Below are positions 61,922 through 64,000 of a DNA stretch of 64,000 bases, in pieces. Below the pieces are notes generated by a model that was given only the letters and a program-made list of their open reading frames with translations, made no database searches and had not been told where the DNA came from. The stretch covers positions 29,636,001 to 29,700,000 of the forward strand of contig OZ024757.1 of the NCBI GenBank assembly GCA_964016885.1. The letters are read 5' to 3'. Source of the DNA: Eledone cirrhosa (lineage: Eukaryota). Within the stretch, counting starts at the first letter, position 1. Each line of letters begins with the position of its first letter. A program made the position numbers and the translations under genes.

Positions 61922-61953
<32 letters not shown>

Positions 61954-62111
61954 GAGTCTATATCTCACTCTCTCTATTTTATATGTATATATGTATCCAT
62001 ATATATATATCCATATACACACTCATATATATATATACATACACACACTCATATATATACACATACACACACTCATATATATATATATACATACACACAC
62101 CCATATATATA

Positions 62112-62784
62112 TTGAGTACTATAAGAACATGCCAGACAACAACACGACAGTAACATAGACAACATAGAAATTAGAATAATATCTAAACATAGAAATGACC
62201 CAGCAGATAGGCAAATCAGAGAGGCCAGCGAAATAGAACTTAGATGGCCAAAGCTAAACAGAAAAAATGAATGGAATAACAACAACACCCAAACAAACAA
62301 TACTGACCTAAGAGAAGTATAAATAAATAAATACATACACAAGCACAATAACACCAAACACATATAAACACACACTAGTAAACTAAGAAAAGTATACAAT
62401 AACCAATACACAGTCACCCAAACACGAACACACATCAAACACTATACACACACGCAAACGCATGCGCAGAGAAGACAAATAAATAAATAACAGACTAAAT
62501 AAAGATGGCGTAGGCATACAATACAACAGGAGGAAACATAATAGCACCACTGACGATGTTGCAGATGTGCAACGAAAGAACTTTGTTAGACTATATATGT
62601 GTTTGTGTCTATATTATATGTGTATTTTTGACCGTTGGTCAGTCAATGGTAACATTGAGGACCGAATAAATTAAATTAACTGATATAAAAAATACAGAAG
62701 CGAAAACCAACCAAGCAGGGAGTGTGTTCTGTTATTAATTCTGGCAATATTATTACACAAATATGACCCTTCCCAAGTATAACA

Positions 62785-62786
<2 letters not shown>
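62112..62786 (+). mobile_element. Penelope-like element 3' end (family P1): GIY-YIG C-terminus plus pLTR with hammerhead (62545-62586)
   Basis: Frame from 62125 reads [50 protein letters not shown] (PLE H..H, R...EA..I....P.LN motif; absent from the ORF track); then CUGACGA-U-GUUGCA/UGCAAC-GAAA. Confidence 0.88.
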
Positions 62787-62828
<42 letters not shown>

Positions 62829-62893
62829 ATGTGTGTGTGTGGGTGTAGTGTGTATGTGTATTCCATAGATACATACATACATATAAAGAGATA

Positions 62894-62944
<51 letters not shown>

Positions 62945-62968
62945 ATTCCATAGATATATAAAAAGAAT

Positions 62969-63186
62969 CGATCGACTTTCGTCAAATCGGACCGAGGGAA
63001 CAACAATGTTTTCGTCGGTCGTTGCAGTTGGTAGTACTATCTATCGGTCGCAACTCCAGGTAGAAGGAGCAACGTGAAATAAAGTGTCTTGCTCAAGGAC
63101 ATAACGCATCACCCGGTCCAGGAATCGAACTCACAGCCTCAAGATTGTGAATCCAATTCTCTAACCACTCAGCCATGCGCCTTCAC
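62969..63186 (-). mobile_element. tRNA-derived SINE family E (CORE/V-like motif)
   Basis: TGGCTGAGTGG A-box, GAGTTCGATTCC B-box and TGTCCTTGAGCAAGACACT. Confidence 0.88.
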
Positions 63187-63262
63187 ACGTAGATACATAC
63201 ATATAAAGATACATACATATAAAGAGATATATATATATATAAAGAGATATATATATATATAA

Positions 63263-63318
<56 letters not shown>

Positions 63319-63752
63319 AGAAAGAGTCGGGAAGAAGAGAGAAAAGGCAGTTATACACAAGACAGGAATCGGGTGCAATCTTCGTAGTTTTGCATATAGT
63401 TTTATGTTATTGTTACATTCGCTGTCGATTTTCTTATATTACGTTCAATTCTGAAAGGATGTAATGATATCCCCGCTTGTATGAGAAAGAGAGAAGGGGG
63501 AAGGCAGAGAAGGGAAAGAGAGAAGGGAGGAAGGAGAAGGAAGGAGAGGTAGTAAAAGAGAAAGGTAATGGTCTATAATGCTTTTATAATATAAGGAAAC
63601 AACACACTTAAATTTTCCGGAAATGAACTGCCACAGCAGGTAAGCTAACAATGGGATGTGACATTTTACAAATGAGATGTATAAGTACATCTGACGAAGA
63701 CATGATTAAACACTGACAAACAGACATTATATATATATATATATATACATTA

Positions 63753-63947
63753 GTGAAGGCGTGTGGCTGAGTGGTTAGAGAATTGTGAGTTCGATTCCTG
63801 GACCAGGCGATGTGTTATGTCCTTGAGCAAGACACTTTATTTCACGTTGCTCCTTCTACCTGGAGTTGCGACCGATAGATAGTATTAGCAATTGGAAAGA
63901 CCAACGGAAACATTGTTCCCTCGGTCCGATTTGACGAAAGTCGATCG
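63753..63947 (+). mobile_element. SINE family E, lacking about 20 nt between the A and B boxes
   Basis: Inverted homologue of 62969-63186. Confidence 0.88.
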
Positions 63948-64000
63948 TTCCTGTAAATATATATATATATATATGCATGTATTATGGAAGTGTTTATGCA

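Overview
Very AT-rich eukaryotic non-coding DNA, either intronic or intergenic. The repeat landscape resembles an octopus or other coleoid cephalopod genome; this is inferred from repeat style, not proven. I found no credible host protein-coding gene. Almost every ORF in the supplied track is a translation of (AT)n, (GT)n or (ACC)n microsatellites. The window is a mosaic of: (1) kilobase-scale compound microsatellites; (2) at least 15 copies of one tRNA-derived SINE plus two rarer SINE families; (3) LINE remnants (RTE, CR1-like, and two R4/Dong-type RLE elements inside microsatellites); (4) two Tc1/mariner-type non-autonomous elements; (5) many Penelope-like element (PLE) remnants. The strongest signal is about ten minimal type I hammerhead ribozyme motifs (CUGANGA...GAAA, self-complementary helix-III segment, pairing helix I/II). 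They come from several sequence-unrelated families, one lies directly downstream of a Penelope GIY-YIG C-terminus, and several are paired with inverted copies of the element end. Also notable: a 710-bp CR1 fold-back palindrome with an apparent gene-conversion tract, a near-perfect 154-bp hairpin, a pre-miRNA-sized hairpin, an in-frame 111-bp triplication inside an RTE, and a GC-rich ~139-bp tandem array. All structures and alignments were read by eye; nothing was computed or searched.
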